Below, piece after piece: positions 63,691-64,000 of a DNA stretch of 64,000 bases. The notes under the pieces are model-generated. The model was not told the DNA's origin, did not search any database, and saw only the letters and a program-made list of their open reading frames with translations. A program made the position numbers and the translations under genes. The stretch covers positions 132,328-196,327 of the forward strand of contig RHPI01002615.1 in assembly GCA_009103225.1 (NCBI GenBank), read 5' to 3'. The DNA is from Chlorokybus atmophyticus (taxonomy: Eukaryota > Plantae > Mesostigma and Chlorokybus algae). Each line of letters opens with the position of its first letter. Positions within the stretch are counted from its first letter, which is position 1.

Positions 63691-64000
63691 CATGCGTGTA
63701 CATGGCCTTAATGCATGCCATACGTCCCGAATGACTTTACTTGCCAGTACATGGTGTCATCTTGCCTATGCATTGAGACAATGGCGATCAATGTTGGTAA
63801 TCACTTCAATGGAATTACTTGCCAACAAAAATTGGCAGGCCTATTGTTGCATGCGCATAACGGCAGTCAATGTTAGAAATTGAACAAACTGACTTGAGTG
63901 TGATATTACTTGCCAATAAGCGGCAGGCTTGTCAATAAATGCGCACAATAGCAGCCAGTGTGAATGTTGCAACACTAGTAGCAAATGGCGTGTGTTCATA

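Overview
Eukaryotic nuclear DNA from an intron-rich, repeat-rich green-lineage organism, probably a green alga (inferred from plant-type SOUL, PUS10 and LNK motifs and spliceosomal introns). It uses the standard genetic code and has two N gaps plus one single N. All exon models were reconstructed by hand from splice signals and reading frame. Left half (1-32 kb): a SOUL haem-binding protein gene, three tandem orphan NLS/coiled-coil genes, a cysteine-less glutaredoxin-like gene, PUS10 head-to-head with a hot-dog thioesterase, an F-box gene and an LNK-like gene. Middle (35-43.5 kb): a full-length but decayed chromovirus-type Ty3/gypsy element with 325-bp hairpin-rich LTRs, a nested 536-bp TRIM, and a pogo-like MITE. 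Right (45.8-58.6 kb), the most striking feature: three DEG/ENaC (ASIC-like) channel paralogues, a family classically regarded as animal. One is internally deleted, one carries a single nonsense codon, and one is inverted and apparently intact. A second decayed gypsy element follows. At least six introns in the window need GC donors.
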